A model generated the notes under the pieces. The model was not told the DNA's origin, did not search any database, and saw nothing but the letters and a program-made list of their open reading frames with translations. The position numbers and the translations under genes were made by a program. Below are positions 43,304-52,361 of a stretch of DNA of 64,000 nt, piece by piece. The first letter of the stretch is position 1. Every line of letters begins with the position of its first letter. Location: the NCBI GenBank assembly GCA_016793245.1, contig JAEUHW010000057.1, positions 112,709-176,708 on the forward strand, in the 5' to 3' direction. The DNA comes from Planctomycetota bacterium (GTDB taxonomy: Bacteria; Planctomycetota; UBA1135; JADKAF01).

Positions 43304-45037
43304 TCAGCGACCGCCGCCTCCCTCGTAGGGATCCAAGTCGCGCAGCCGAGGTGGCGGAACGGGATCCACTCCCTCCGAGCGCAGCAATTGATCGCCGACG
43401 AGGATCCAGCCCATGCGATGCGCGAACGCCGCTGCGGACGCCTTCAGCCCCGGCTCGGAGAGACGCTGCGCCGCGAGCGCGCGAAACACGAGAGCACGCG
43501 GACCTTCGTGCACTCGCCGCTCGGGATCCACGCGCGCGAAGCTCACCGCGAGGCGATCGCCGATGGCGCTCGCCGAGGGATCGAGCGCCGCGCGACGGAG
43601 GAGCCCGGTCAACGCGCCGGAGACGCGCTCGAGCTCCGCCGATCGGAGATCCAGCTCCAGAGCGAGCTCTGCCAGCTCGGGCGCGGCTTCGACCGCCGAA
43701 CGCAACGCCGCGAAGTCATCTCGCGCCGAAAGCGCCGGCAAGCCGCGTTCCTCCAGAGACTCGAGCGCCAGCTCGCGGAGACGCGCGTCGGAGGGCTCTC
43801 GTCGCAGGGCGGGAAGCACCTCCCAACCCGCAACCTCGGCCCCGGCGCGCCGCAGACAGCGCGCGGCGAAGACGGCGTCGTCCGCGGCGCCATCTCGCAG
43901 AGCTGCGCGGAGCTGCGCTTCGCTGGCTTCGGGGCGCATCCAGGCGAGCAGGCGCCAGGCGAGCCTTCCGCGCTCGGTCGTCTCCTTCGAGATCGCGACG
44001 AGCCGCTCGCGCACCAGCGAACCGAGCGGCGCCTGGAGGCACCGACGCCACAGCGCTCGGAAGCGCAGGCGTAGCTCCGCAGACGGCGCCAGATCCGCGG
44101 GGAGATAGAGCTCGAGAGCCTCGACCTTCAGCGGAGACTCCAGGCCTCTCGGACCGGCGACGAGCAGGGTCGCGAGCAGCTCGGGTGCGGCCCCACTGCG
44201 GAGCGCCCGCATCTCGCACCAGTCATGCCAGCCGGGGATCCCCAGCGTCCCCAGAGCTTCGAACGCCGCGCGCCGTCGCGCGGCATCGTCGCTCGCCGCG
44301 CCGGCCAAGAGACCCTCCGCGAGATCTACGGGCGCCGGCCGATTCTGCGCATCGCTCGCCTGGATCCAGAGCGCTCCGGGAAAGGGCACCACGCGGAGCG
44401 AACAGGCGGCGGCGGCGTCCCGGAGCATCTGATCCCCACGCAGCCCACGACCTGCCGAGGACAGGACGGGGGGAAGAGTCGCCTGCCCCAGCGAAGCCGC
44501 CTCGGGATCGACGACCAGGGGCAACTTCGCTCCGCCGAGCTGTGCCAGATCGCGCGCCAGATCGACGAGAGAGCGCGCTTCCGTCGGCGCCCAGAGCTCG
44601 GGCGGGAACTGGGCGATCAGAGGTCGCAGGTCTTCCTGGATCTGCGTGCCGCCGGCGATCGTGTCGCTGACGAACTCGAGCGCTCGGTCACGAGCGGCCC
44701 GTGAGTCGTGGACCAGCCACGCCTCGTAGACCCAGGGGATCAAGTCCGCGCGAGCGTTGCACAGGCGAAGCCAGAACCCGTCGGCGGTCTCGCCGACTCG
44801 AAGCATGCCAGCGCTCTGCCGGAGCATGGGCTCGAGCTGTTGGGCGTCGAGCGCGCCGAGCAACTCGTGCAGCGCCGCGTCGCGTTCCTTGGCGTTGGGT
44901 GCGGCCGTCGCGGCGCGAAGCAGCGTCTCCGCGCGCTCCGCCGAAAGTCCGGCGGGAACCTGCGCCTCGCCTCGAGACCCGAGGAGCGCCAGGGCGGATA
45001 GGAACCAGCGCGAAGGGCGCGACAACGCTCGGGCCAT
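43304..45037 (-). CDS. hypothetical secreted helical-repeat protein (577 aa)
   Basis: Full track ORF. Signal peptide MARALSRPSRWFLSALALLGSRGEAQ. Ala/Leu/Arg-rich, helix-rich sequence with no recognised motif. Confidence 0.65.
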   Translation of the reverse strand: MARALSRPSRWFLSALALLGSRGEAQVPAGLSAERAETLLRAATAAPNAKERDAALHELLGALDAQQLEPMLRQSAGMLRVGETADGFWLRLCNARADLIPWVYEAWLVHDSRAARDRALEFVSDTIAGGTQIQEDLRPLIAQFPPELWAPTEARSLVDLARDLAQLGGAKLPLVVDPEAASLGQATLPPVLSSAGRGLRGDQMLRDAAAACSLRVVPFPGALWIQASDAQNRPAPVDLAEGLLAGAASDDAARRRAAFEALGTLGIPGWHDWCEMRALRSGAAPELLATLLVAGPRGLESPLKVEALELYLPADLAPSAELRLRFRALWRRCLQAPLGSLVRERLVAISKETTERGRLAWRLLAWMRPEASEAQLRAALRDGAADDAVFAARCLRRAGAEVAGWEVLPALRREPSDARLRELALESLEERGLPALSARDDFAALRSAVEAAPELAELALELDLRSAELERVSGALTGLLRRAALDPSASAIGDRLAVSFARVDPERRVHEGPRALVFRALAAQRLSEPGLKASAAAFAHRMGWILVGDQLLRSEGVDPVPPPRLRDLDPYEGGGGR

Positions 45038-45137
45038 GGCGGTGCTAGCGACTCGGATCGCGCAAGTGCAATGATCGCGGATCGCAGCTACGGCGGCCCT
45101 TGCGGCGCCATCCTCGATCCGACGACGTATCAGCCTC

Positions 45138-45165
45138 GCTCCGACGACGCGAGCGTCGTCGGAGC
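45138..45165 (-). terminator. hairpin downstream of rpmH
   Basis: gctccgacgacg-cgag-cgtcgtcggagc forms a perfect 12-bp stem with a 4-nt loop, 43 nt after the rpmH stop. There is no U-tract. Confidence 0.4.
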
Positions 45166-45207
45166 ACCGGAACGCGGCTCTCCGAGAAGACTCCGAGAGC
45201 CGCGCTC

Positions 45208-45342
45208 CTAGCCGACGCGGAACTTACCGCTCTTCTGGCGCTTCCTGCGGATGACCTTGCGGCCGCCCACCGTCTTCGAGCGCGTGCGGAAACCGACCTT
45301 CTTCTCGCGCTTCGATTTCGAGCGCCGGATGTTGACCTTCAC
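45208..45342 (-). CDS. rpmH: 50S ribosomal protein L34
   Basis: Too short for the ORF track; found by hand. GTG start with GGGGAG upstream. It encodes MKVNIRRSKSKREKKVGFRTRSKTVGGRKVIRRKRQKSGKFRVG (44 aa), which carries the L34 core GFR-x-R-x-x-T-x-x-GR-x-V-[IL]-x-x-[RK]R-x-K. Confidence 0.85.
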   Translation of the reverse strand: MKVNIRRSKSKREKKVGFRTRSKTVGGRKVIRRKRQKSGKFRVG

Positions 45343-45608
45343 GTTGACTGAACTCCCCAGCCGGGAAAAGGGCGGGGGATTCCACCGAACGGCCGAGCCT
45401 TCGTCAAGCGCAGAACTACGAGCTCTCGTTGGCGACGGGTGAATGAGCAGTGAAAGTCCACGCGCGATCTAGGCGCCGGAGTGCTCGTCGACCAGACTCT
45501 TCCGCGACCGCGGTTCCGAGAGCCACGCCAGCCAAGAGCCCATCCAGAGGCCTTGCGTCGGCCTTTCACGGCTCCGACCGCGGCACCGACACGACCCCGG
45601 AGATCCCC

Positions 45609-47840
45609 ATGCCTCGCTTCCCCATGGTCGCCGCCGCGCTGGCCATCGGCCTCTGCAGCGCCGAAAGTTCCGCCCAGCGTTTGACCTCGCGCTCCCTCGA
45701 TGTCGCGAACGGGCGCCTCCTCGTTTCGTTCGCGATCGAGGCGGCTCCCCCGCAGACGCAGTTCACTCTCGCCATCGGCGGAGGTAATCGCATCACCTCC
45801 ACCGCGCCGACCCTGGTCGTCACCGACGCGCGAGGCTTCGCTCGCGCCGTGGTGAACTTCGGCAGCTCGGTCGCCCAATGCCCCCCGGAGAGCTTTCTCG
45901 TCTCCTTCACGGCGGGCTCGACGGTGCTGACCCGCGAGCTCCTCCTACAGTGCACCGCGGGCCGAGTGCATTCGGCGTTCCCGGACTACGTGCAGCTCGC
46001 CGGCGCCTTCTGCAATCCCGCGGCATCGGCGTCCAACCACCTGCAGATCCAGCGCTCGCTGGATCTCGACGGCGACGGCCGCTACGGCGATCTCGAGATC
46101 GAAGGCGTCGCGGGCACCCCGGATCGCCTGGACTTCCCGAACGAGGTCGAGCAAGACGTGAACGCCTGCGCCGCGGGCCCCGGCGTCTATCAGCCCGGTT
46201 CGGTCACGCGCGCGGTCGCCTGGGCGACCGACAACCGCGTCGTGAACACCTGCTCGGGCTCCTGCAACTTCACCACGCAGACGAACTTCTTGCAGGACAT
46301 GGCCTTCGTCCCGAGCTTCCCCGGCGGCGGGCCGGCGCTGTTCTCGACGAGCGACTCGTTCGACACGGTGATCGTGCTGCGCGACGCGAACAACGACGGG
46401 CGCATCGGCAACGCGGAGTTCGTGACCTACTTCGATCCGAAGGCGCTGGTCAACAACGAGAACTACTCTCCGGACGGCGTGGCGGTCGATCCCTCGGGCC
46501 TGAACCGCAGCTTCTGGATCACGGACAAGACGGGAACGACGGCGAGCCAGACCAACGTGGGGCTCTACCGACTCGTGGACCTCAATGCCGATGGCGTGAT
46601 CGGCGCGGGCGAGTTCACCGCCTCCTGGACCGGGACGAGCGGCGTGGTGGTGGTCGAGACGCAGAACGTCGACCATTCCGAGTTCGAGGGCGTCCACTGC
46701 GATAGCACCGGCGCGGTCTACCTGAACTCCAGCTCGGCCGGGACCATCTTCCGCTGGGTCGATGCCAATTCCGACGGCGTCGCGCAGACGGGCGAAGTCA
46801 CCAACTGGCTGACGTACAACACGACCAGCGCTCTGTCGGTCAGCGCGGACTTCAACAACCCCGTTCTGAACTTCCCATTGTTCACCGGCTTCCGCTTCTC
46901 GATGAACCTGATCGAATCGATCGGCGGCCTGGGCACCGCGGGACGAGAGCTCGTCTTCGTGGGCACCGACGAGATCACCGCCGCGACGCGCGGATCGATC
47001 TTCCGCTGCGACGACATCAATGGCGACGGCGACGTGAACGATGCCGGAGAGGTCGTGCTCTTCGTGCGCGGCAACCAAGTGAACGACCCGCTCGGCGCTC
47101 CGCCGGTCAACCAATCCGGTCTCGACGTCATCGGCATCGACTTCGACGGCAACGGCAGCGTGACGAACCGCGAGGTCTGCGTGTACGTCGCGAGTCCGAA
47201 CGGCGGTCCGATCCCGACCACCGGCTTCACCTTCGTGGACCTCGCCAACTGGCGCTATCGCGACATCGACGGCGATGGCACGGCGCTCACCACGGCCGAT
47301 GAAGCGGTGCGCGTCGCGATCGATCCCACGGGGCACTTCAATCGCGGTCTCGAGCTCGTCTCGCGCGCGGAGCTCGGCGGCTTCCGCCCCAACTTCTACT
47401 CGCGCTCCGGCCTCGTCACCGTGACGCCGGCCTCGTGCACTTCGAGCAACGGCCAGTACCTCACGATCGACTTCTCGCGCGAGAAGAACGAGGACGGCAC
47501 GCAGGGAACGCCCTTCTACGGCAATCAGCGCTTCGAGTTCCTGGTCGAGGGCTGCCTCGCCGGACAAGGCCCTGTCGCCGGGCTCTTCATCGGCCCCGTC
47601 CTGCCGTTCCAGGTGCCGATCCCGCCGTGCACGCTGGGCGTCGACATCTCGAACTTCATCACGCTCCCGCTCGGCGGAGGGCTCGCCACTCCGGATGCGA
47701 ACGGCCTCGCCGAGATCGCCTTCGGCATTCCGAACCTCGCGCTCCTCGAAGGGCTCGCGATCGGCGTCCAGTCCTTCCAAGTCGACGTGACCACGCTCAC
47801 CTTGATCCTGGGCGAAGTCGCCGAAGTTCGCGTGTTCTGA
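45609..47840 (+). CDS. secreted protein with seven EF-hand-type Ca-binding loops (possible 7-bladed propeller), 743 aa
   Basis: Starts at internal ATG 45609 (GGAG upstream). Signal peptide MPRFPMVAAALAIGLCSAESSAQ. The loops are DLDGDGRYGDLE, DANNDGRIGNAE, DLNADGVIGAGE, DANSDGVAQTGE, DINGDGDVNDAGE, DFDGNGSVTNRE and DIDGDGTALTTADE. Confidence 0.75.
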   Translation: MPRFPMVAAALAIGLCSAESSAQRLTSRSLDVANGRLLVSFAIEAAPPQTQFTLAIGGGNRITSTAPTLVVTDARGFARAVVNFGSSVAQCPPESFLVSFTAGSTVLTRELLLQCTAGRVHSAFPDYVQLAGAFCNPAASASNHLQIQRSLDLDGDGRYGDLEIEGVAGTPDRLDFPNEVEQDVNACAAGPGVYQPGSVTRAVAWATDNRVVNTCSGSCNFTTQTNFLQDMAFVPSFPGGGPALFSTSDSFDTVIVLRDANNDGRIGNAEFVTYFDPKALVNNENYSPDGVAVDPSGLNRSFWITDKTGTTASQTNVGLYRLVDLNADGVIGAGEFTASWTGTSGVVVVETQNVDHSEFEGVHCDSTGAVYLNSSSAGTIFRWVDANSDGVAQTGEVTNWLTYNTTSALSVSADFNNPVLNFPLFTGFRFSMNLIESIGGLGTAGRELVFVGTDEITAATRGSIFRCDDINGDGDVNDAGEVVLFVRGNQVNDPLGAPPVNQSGLDVIGIDFDGNGSVTNREVCVYVASPNGGPIPTTGFTFVDLANWRYRDIDGDGTALTTADEAVRVAIDPTGHFNRGLELVSRAELGGFRPNFYSRSGLVTVTPASCTSSNGQYLTIDFSREKNEDGTQGTPFYGNQRFEFLVEGCLAGQGPVAGLFIGPVLPFQVPIPPCTLGVDISNFITLPLGGGLATPDANGLAEIAFGIPNLALLEGLAIGVQSFQVDVTTLTLILGEVAEVRVF

Positions 47841-47868
47841 TCGCCTCTCGATCCTGAAGCGCAGACCA

Positions 47869-47943
47869 CCGGCGCCTCCGCTCTCGCGTTTCGAGCTTTC
47901 GAGCCTTGCTCGGAGCTTCGATTCGAGAGAGAAGAGGCGCCGG
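47869..47943 (+). terminator. long imperfect hairpin after the secreted-protein gene
   Basis: ccggcgcctc (47869-47878) pairs with gaggcgccgg (47934-47943), and further pairing is possible inside. It is followed by ctgtcgTTTcc and begins 29 nt after the stop. Confidence 0.4.
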
Positions 47944-47997
47944 CTGTCGTTTCCATGGACTGCGCCTGCGCGCGTCCAGGCCGAAGTTGGAGCTCGC

Positions 47998-48696
47998 TTG
48001 CCCGTGAAGTCGCTGCCCGTTTCCGCGATGGAGCTCCGGAGCTTCCCGCTCCTGAAGCCCTTGCGAGAGGAGATGCTCACGGAGCTGGCATCGACCGCGC
48101 GCGCCTTGGAGTTCGCCGGGAACGAGGTCGTGTTCCGCGCCGGAGAGCCTGCAGCTGCCCTCTACGGCGTGCTCAGCGGCTCGGTCGTGCTCTATCGCTC
48201 GAGTGCCGACGGGCGAGAGCAAGTGGTGCACGACACCGGCGCCGGGCGCACCATCGCCGAAGCCGCGGTGTTCCAGTACGGCTCCTTCCCCGTGCATGCG
48301 CGAGCCGGGACCCGCGGGGCGCGCCTCGCTCAGGTCGAGGGAGCTCGTTTCCTCGCGATCCTCGATCGCGATCCCGCCGCGATGCACAGCGTGCTCGCGG
48401 CGCTCTGCCGCCGCTTGCACGAGCTCGTCGACCGCGTGGAGATCTTGAGCCTCCCCGATGCGGGGCAGCGCCTCGCGCGCTTCTTGCTGCGTCTCCCGGC
48501 CGAAGGACGCGCCGGGAGCTTCCGGGTCCGATTGCCCGTGGCGAAGAAGGACCTCGCAGCTCAGCTCGCGATGACCCCGGAGACGCTCTCGCGGGTCCTG
48601 AAGCGGTGGCGCGAGCAGGCGTGGGCCGTCGTCCTGGATGACGAGATCGAGCTCTTGGATGCCGCCGCTCTGGAGCAGATCGCGGCGGAGTCTTGA
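47998..48696 (+). CDS. Crp/Fnr-family transcriptional regulator
   Basis: cNMP-binding fold (FPLLKPL...VVFRAGEPAAALYGVLSGSVVLYR...GRTIAEAAVF) and a C-terminal HTH (KKDLAAQLAMTPETLSRVLKRW). The track start is TTG 47998. ATG 48028 (MELRSFPLL) is plausible. Confidence 0.85.
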   Translation: MPVKSLPVSAMELRSFPLLKPLREEMLTELASTARALEFAGNEVVFRAGEPAAALYGVLSGSVVLYRSSADGREQVVHDTGAGRTIAEAAVFQYGSFPVHARAGTRGARLAQVEGARFLAILDRDPAAMHSVLAALCRRLHELVDRVEILSLPDAGQRLARFLLRLPAEGRAGSFRVRLPVAKKDLAAQLAMTPETLSRVLKRWREQAWAVVLDDEIELLDAAALEQIAAES

Positions 48697-48901
48697 TCGC
48701 GCGCATCTCGCGAAGGAAGAGGCGATCCGTCGTCCGCTCGGGTACGCGATCCGCTCGCGCATCGCGCGATCGAGCCCGGCGCGAGAGCCGAGCTGCGCAC
48801 GAAGCGCGACGAGGTCGGCGGTTGCAGCCATCGACCGCCGTCGCGCGCGGAGTCGAGAGCGGCGAGTCCCGCGGGAAGCGGCGCAGCGCGCCGCTCGTGG
48901 A

Positions 48902-50374
48902 TCAAGCGTCGCCGATCACGCCGACGGTGTGGATCCGCACCGAGTTCGTCGCTCCGGAGACGTTCGTGGCGCCGGAGACGAGCACGATCCGCTCGCCCAT
49001 GTGCAACGCACCGCGAGCGCGCAGCACGCCCTCGGCCGTCTCGACCATCTCTTCGACGCTCTTCGCTCCGTCCGTGAGCACGGGCTCGATGCCGTGGTAG
49101 AGCGCCATGCGCCGCCAGGTCTCAGGGAAGTGCGTGAACGCGTAGATCGGGATGCGCAGGCGGCGCGACGAGAGCAGGCGCGCGGTGCGCCCCGAGTCGG
49201 TGAAGATCGCGACGGCCGCCGCGTCCAGCTCTTCGGCGCAATGCGCGGCAGCGCCGACGGTCGCCTCTTCGACGGCCACAGGCACGTGCTCGCCGCGAGC
49301 GCCGCGACGACGACGACGCTCGATCGCGCGACGGAAGAGCTCCTCTTCGGCGCGAATGGCGATCTTCTGCATCACTTCCACGCACTCGACGGGAAAACGC
49401 CCCGCCGCCGTCTCGCCCGAGAGCATGACGGCGTCGGTGCCGTCGAGGATCGCGTTCGCGACGTCGCTGGCTTCCGCGCGCGTCGGGCGCGGGTTCTCGA
49501 TCATCGACTCCATCATCTGCGTCGCGGTGATCACCGGGACGCGCGCCTCCATCGCCTTCGCGATGATGCGCTTCTGGAGCACGGGGATGTTCTCGACGCC
49601 GACTTCGACGCCGAGGTCGCCGCGCGCGACCATCACCGCATCGACTTCGGCGAGGATCGCGTCGAGATTGGCGAGCGCCTCGGGCCGCTCGATCTTCGCG
49701 CAGAGATGCGCGCGACTCCCCAAGTGGGACATCGCGCGGCGCGCCATGCGCACGTCATCGACGCTGCGCACGAACGAGAGCGCGATGTAATCGACGCCCA
49801 TCTTGGCCGCGAACGCGAGGTCCGCGAGGTCCTTCTCCCCCAGCGCGGGCGCCGAGACGCGCGAGCCCGGCAGGTTGATGCCCTTGTACGAAGTCAGCAT
49901 CCCGCCGTACACGACTTCGCACTCGACGTCCTTGCCCCGGATCGCCTTCGCCTTCAGCTCGAGGGCGCCATCGGCGATCAGCACGCGATCTTCGGGACTC
50001 ACGTCGCGCGAGAACGCGGGATAGCTCACCGGGATCCGCGTCTCGTCGACGTTCTCCTCACAAGAGAGGATGACGGTCTCACCGCGGCGGATGTGGATCG
50101 GCGAGCGCTCGCCGAGGTTACCGATGCGGATGCGCGGCCCGCGGAGGTCGGCGAGGATCGCCGCCGGACGGCGCAGGTTCTCGCGCAGCTTCGCGATGCG
50201 CGCGACGACGGCGCCGTGCGAGGCGTGATCGCCGTGCGAGAAGTTGAGCCGAAAGACATCGACTCCCGCGAGCAGCAGCCGCTCGATCAGGCTCTCGTCG
50301 GCAGATGCCGGGCCGAGCGTCGCGACGATCTTGGTGCGGTGGAACTCACGAGGGCGCGCGTGGGCGTGGCTCAA
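48902..50374 (-). CDS. pyk: pyruvate kinase
   Basis: TKIVATLGPAS, RLNFSHGDH, MVARGDLGVEVG, TQMMESM and SGETAAGRFP. Confidence 0.95.
   Translation of the reverse strand: MSHAHARPREFHRTKIVATLGPASADESLIERLLLAGVDVFRLNFSHGDHASHGAVVARIAKLRENLRRPAAILADLRGPRIRIGNLGERSPIHIRRGETVILSCEENVDETRIPVSYPAFSRDVSPEDRVLIADGALELKAKAIRGKDVECEVVYGGMLTSYKGINLPGSRVSAPALGEKDLADLAFAAKMGVDYIALSFVRSVDDVRMARRAMSHLGSRAHLCAKIERPEALANLDAILAEVDAVMVARGDLGVEVGVENIPVLQKRIIAKAMEARVPVITATQMMESMIENPRPTRAEASDVANAILDGTDAVMLSGETAAGRFPVECVEVMQKIAIRAEEELFRRAIERRRRRGARGEHVPVAVEEATVGAAAHCAEELDAAAVAIFTDSGRTARLLSSRRLRIPIYAFTHFPETWRRMALYHGIEPVLTDGAKSVEEMVETAEGVLRARGALHMGERIVLVSGATNVSGATNSVRIHTVGVIGDA
48944..48979 (-). repeat. 18-bp in-frame tandem duplication near the 3' end of pyk
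   Basis: gttcgtcgctccggagac / gttcgtggcgccggagac match at 16/18 positions. The repeat encodes VSGATN-VSGATN. Confidence 0.85.
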
Positions 50375-50439
50375 GGCAGTGCGGGGCGATCTCGGGGAGG
50401 GATGCGAAGAAGCAACGAGCGGAGCACCATATCACGACT

Positions 50440-51576
50440 TCAACTGCCCAGCACCTTGTCGCGATTCGCGCTCCACCACTTCTCCCAAGCGGCCTTCGCT
50501 TCGGCCCGCTGCTCGCGCGAAGCATGCGTGTCGAAGCGCAGGTTCTGGCGCGTGATCTTGCGGAGCGCGGTGTAGGCGCCTTCGCGCACCCACGACTCCT
50601 CGTCGCCGAGGGCCTGGATGAGCTGCTCCACGGCCTCCTTCGCGTTCAGGTCCCCGAGGAGCGTCATCGCCTGGTGGCGCACGAAGGGGTCCGAGTGGCT
50701 CAGCGTGGGGATCACGTAGGGAATGACCCGCGGATCCGGCATGTTGCCGAGCTCGGTGAGGGCGGCCCAGACCTTCGAGGCATCGGCGTCCTTCAGCAAC
50801 TCGACCTGCTTCGAGATCGCCGCCGGCAGGTCCTTCAGGGCAACGGCTTCGGCGGAACCGGAGCCGCCGGGTGCCGGAGCCGCGACGGGGCCGCTCTCCG
50901 CGGCCCGGCCGGCCAGCATGTCGACGCGCCCTGCGAGGCGCGCCAGCTCATTGCGCAGTCCTTGGGCCTCGGACGAGGACTTCGCGACCGACGCCTCGAC
51001 GCGGACCGCCTGGGTCCGGAGGGGTTCCAAGCCCTGTCCCAGCGTCTTGGCGAAACCCGCCTCGAGCTCGAGCTTCCGGCCCTCCCAGAGCTTCGTCTCC
51101 GCATCCAGCTCGCGCCGGAGCACGTCGATCGCATCCAGCGCTCGGCGAGCTTTCTCGAGCTCGGTCTCGTGAGCTTCGAAGCGCCGCTCCTCCTCACCGA
51201 CGCGCAGCCTGGTGCGGGCCTCGGCATCGGCGAGCTCCTGGATCAGGACGGTGATGCTCTTCGAGCTCTCCCTGAGCTCGCGCCGCTGCTCTTCGGACTC
51301 CTGGCGCAGGGAGAACCCCAAAGCGAGCGCCCCAGCTCCCAAGCCACAACCCAACAACGCCAGCAAGCCCGCGGCTCGCGAACCTGCGGCGCGGACAGGC
51401 GGCTTGCCGACGACGAGCGGAGCGGGGACGGCGCCGACCGCCTCCTCCGAGGCGGGAGCCGCCACCGGGAGGCACTTCGGGCAGATCACCTTCCCCTTCA
51501 CCGTGCTGATCTGCCCCTCCTGGACCAGCTTGACCGGGATGCTCTCGTTGCAAACGTCGCAGAAGAAGATCTTCAT
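50440..51576 (-). CDS. zinc-ribbon / TM / coiled-coil / HEAT-repeat protein (378 aa)
   Basis: Starts at internal ATG 51576. MKIFFCDVCNESIP...VICPKCL has two CxxC pairs. It is followed by a TM helix (AAGLLALLGCGLGAGALALGF), coiled coil, and C-terminal HEAT-like repeats (VIPTLSHSDPFVRHQAMTLLGDL...ALGDEESWVREGAYTAL). Confidence 0.7.
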   Translation of the reverse strand: MKIFFCDVCNESIPVKLVQEGQISTVKGKVICPKCLPVAAPASEEAVGAVPAPLVVGKPPVRAAGSRAAGLLALLGCGLGAGALALGFSLRQESEEQRRELRESSKSITVLIQELADAEARTRLRVGEEERRFEAHETELEKARRALDAIDVLRRELDAETKLWEGRKLELEAGFAKTLGQGLEPLRTQAVRVEASVAKSSSEAQGLRNELARLAGRVDMLAGRAAESGPVAAPAPGGSGSAEAVALKDLPAAISKQVELLKDADASKVWAALTELGNMPDPRVIPYVIPTLSHSDPFVRHQAMTLLGDLNAKEAVEQLIQALGDEESWVREGAYTALRKITRQNLRFDTHASREQRAEAKAAWEKWWSANRDKVLGS

Positions 51577-51761
51577 CGCGCAGGAGTCCTCGACCGGCGG
51601 CCGATGGTAGGAGGCGCGAACGCGCGGGTCAGTTCTTGACTCGAACGCTCGCTGACCCACCTTATACGGAGCTTCCCCGTGTCGTACTACACGGGGGTGG
51701 CCCCTCGAGTCGCACGTGCGACCGCGGCCCACGGAGCTCCGGAGACCTCGTTGAGGGACGC

Positions 51762-52148
51762 ATGCCCAATCAGCTCAGCCAACGCCTGCGCTCGATCGGA
51801 CAGGACTTCAGTCTCGAGATCCTCGAAGGCGAAGTCGCTCGTCATCCCGAGAACCTCGAAGCGCTCCGCGAGCTCGCCAGCGAGCTCACCTCCGCGGGGC
51901 GCCTGCGCGAGGGCCTGGCCATCGACCAGAAGCTGACCCAGCTCCTGCCGGACGAGCCCGAGGTGCACTACAACTTGGCGTGCTCCCTCGCGCTCATCGG
52001 GAACGCCGATCAGGCCTTCCGAGCGCTGCTGCGAGCTGCCGAGCTCGGCTACGACGACCTCGCGCATCTCGAGCGAGATCGCGACCTCGACGCCCTGCGA
52101 GGAGATCCTCGCTTCGAGATCGTGCGCCGCGCCATCGGCCGCACCTGA
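51762..52148 (+). CDS. small TPR-like protein (128 aa)
   Basis: Starts at internal ATG 51762 (GAGGGA upstream). TPR-like helices (HPENLEALRELASELTSAGRLREGLAI...HYNLACSLALIGNADQAFRALLRAAELGY). Confidence 0.6.
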   Translation: MPNQLSQRLRSIGQDFSLEILEGEVARHPENLEALRELASELTSAGRLREGLAIDQKLTQLLPDEPEVHYNLACSLALIGNADQAFRALLRAAELGYDDLAHLERDRDLDALRGDPRFEIVRRAIGRT

Positions 52149-52270
52149 TCGAGCCCCTTCGCTTCCGACTTGGGCTGGCCCGAGCGCCTGGCGCTCGACG
52201 GAGCGGGGTTTCGAAGTTCGAGCGGCACGGTTCGGCAGGAACCGACTCGGCGACCGCACCGCCGGGAGAA

Positions 52271-52321
52271 CGGACCGCCGCAGCCAGCGGACCGCCACAG
52301 TCCACGGACTGCCATAGCCAA
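52271..52321. repeat. degenerate 17-bp tandem repeat, 3 copies, in a convergent intergenic region
   Basis: cggaccgccgcagccag / cggaccgccacagtcca / cggactgccatagccaa. Neighbouring units match at 13/17 positions. Confidence 0.7.
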
Positions 52322-52339
52322 CGCGGCCTCGAGGCCGCG
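52322..52339. terminator. palindromic GC hairpin between convergent genes
   Basis: cgcggcc-tcga-ggccgcg, a 7-bp stem with a 4-nt loop, lies between the stops at 52148 (+) and 52362 (-). It could act in both directions. Confidence 0.35.
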
Positions 52340-52361
52340 ATCCCGAGCGCGAGTCAGGTCT

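Noticed and set aside
45100-45351. 83-aa plus-strand ORF
   Set aside because: It is the antisense shadow of rpmH, whose 44-aa product matches the L34 signature.
45038-45608. Replication origin next to rpmH
   Set aside because: There is no dnaA, dnaN or rnpA nearby. I saw no cluster of TTATCCACA-like boxes and no AT-rich unwinding element in either flanking intergenic region.
45945-48080. 711-aa minus-strand ORF
   Set aside because: It is antisense to the EF-hand-loop secreted protein, which has a signal peptide and seven regular motifs. The antisense product is low-complexity and Arg/Glu/Ala-rich.
51636-51668. Sigma70-like promoter: TTGACT (51636-51641) with TATACG (51663-51668)
   Set aside because: The spacer is 21 nt, too long for a canonical -35/-10 pair. 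It may still be promoter-related, but I cannot support it from sequence alone.
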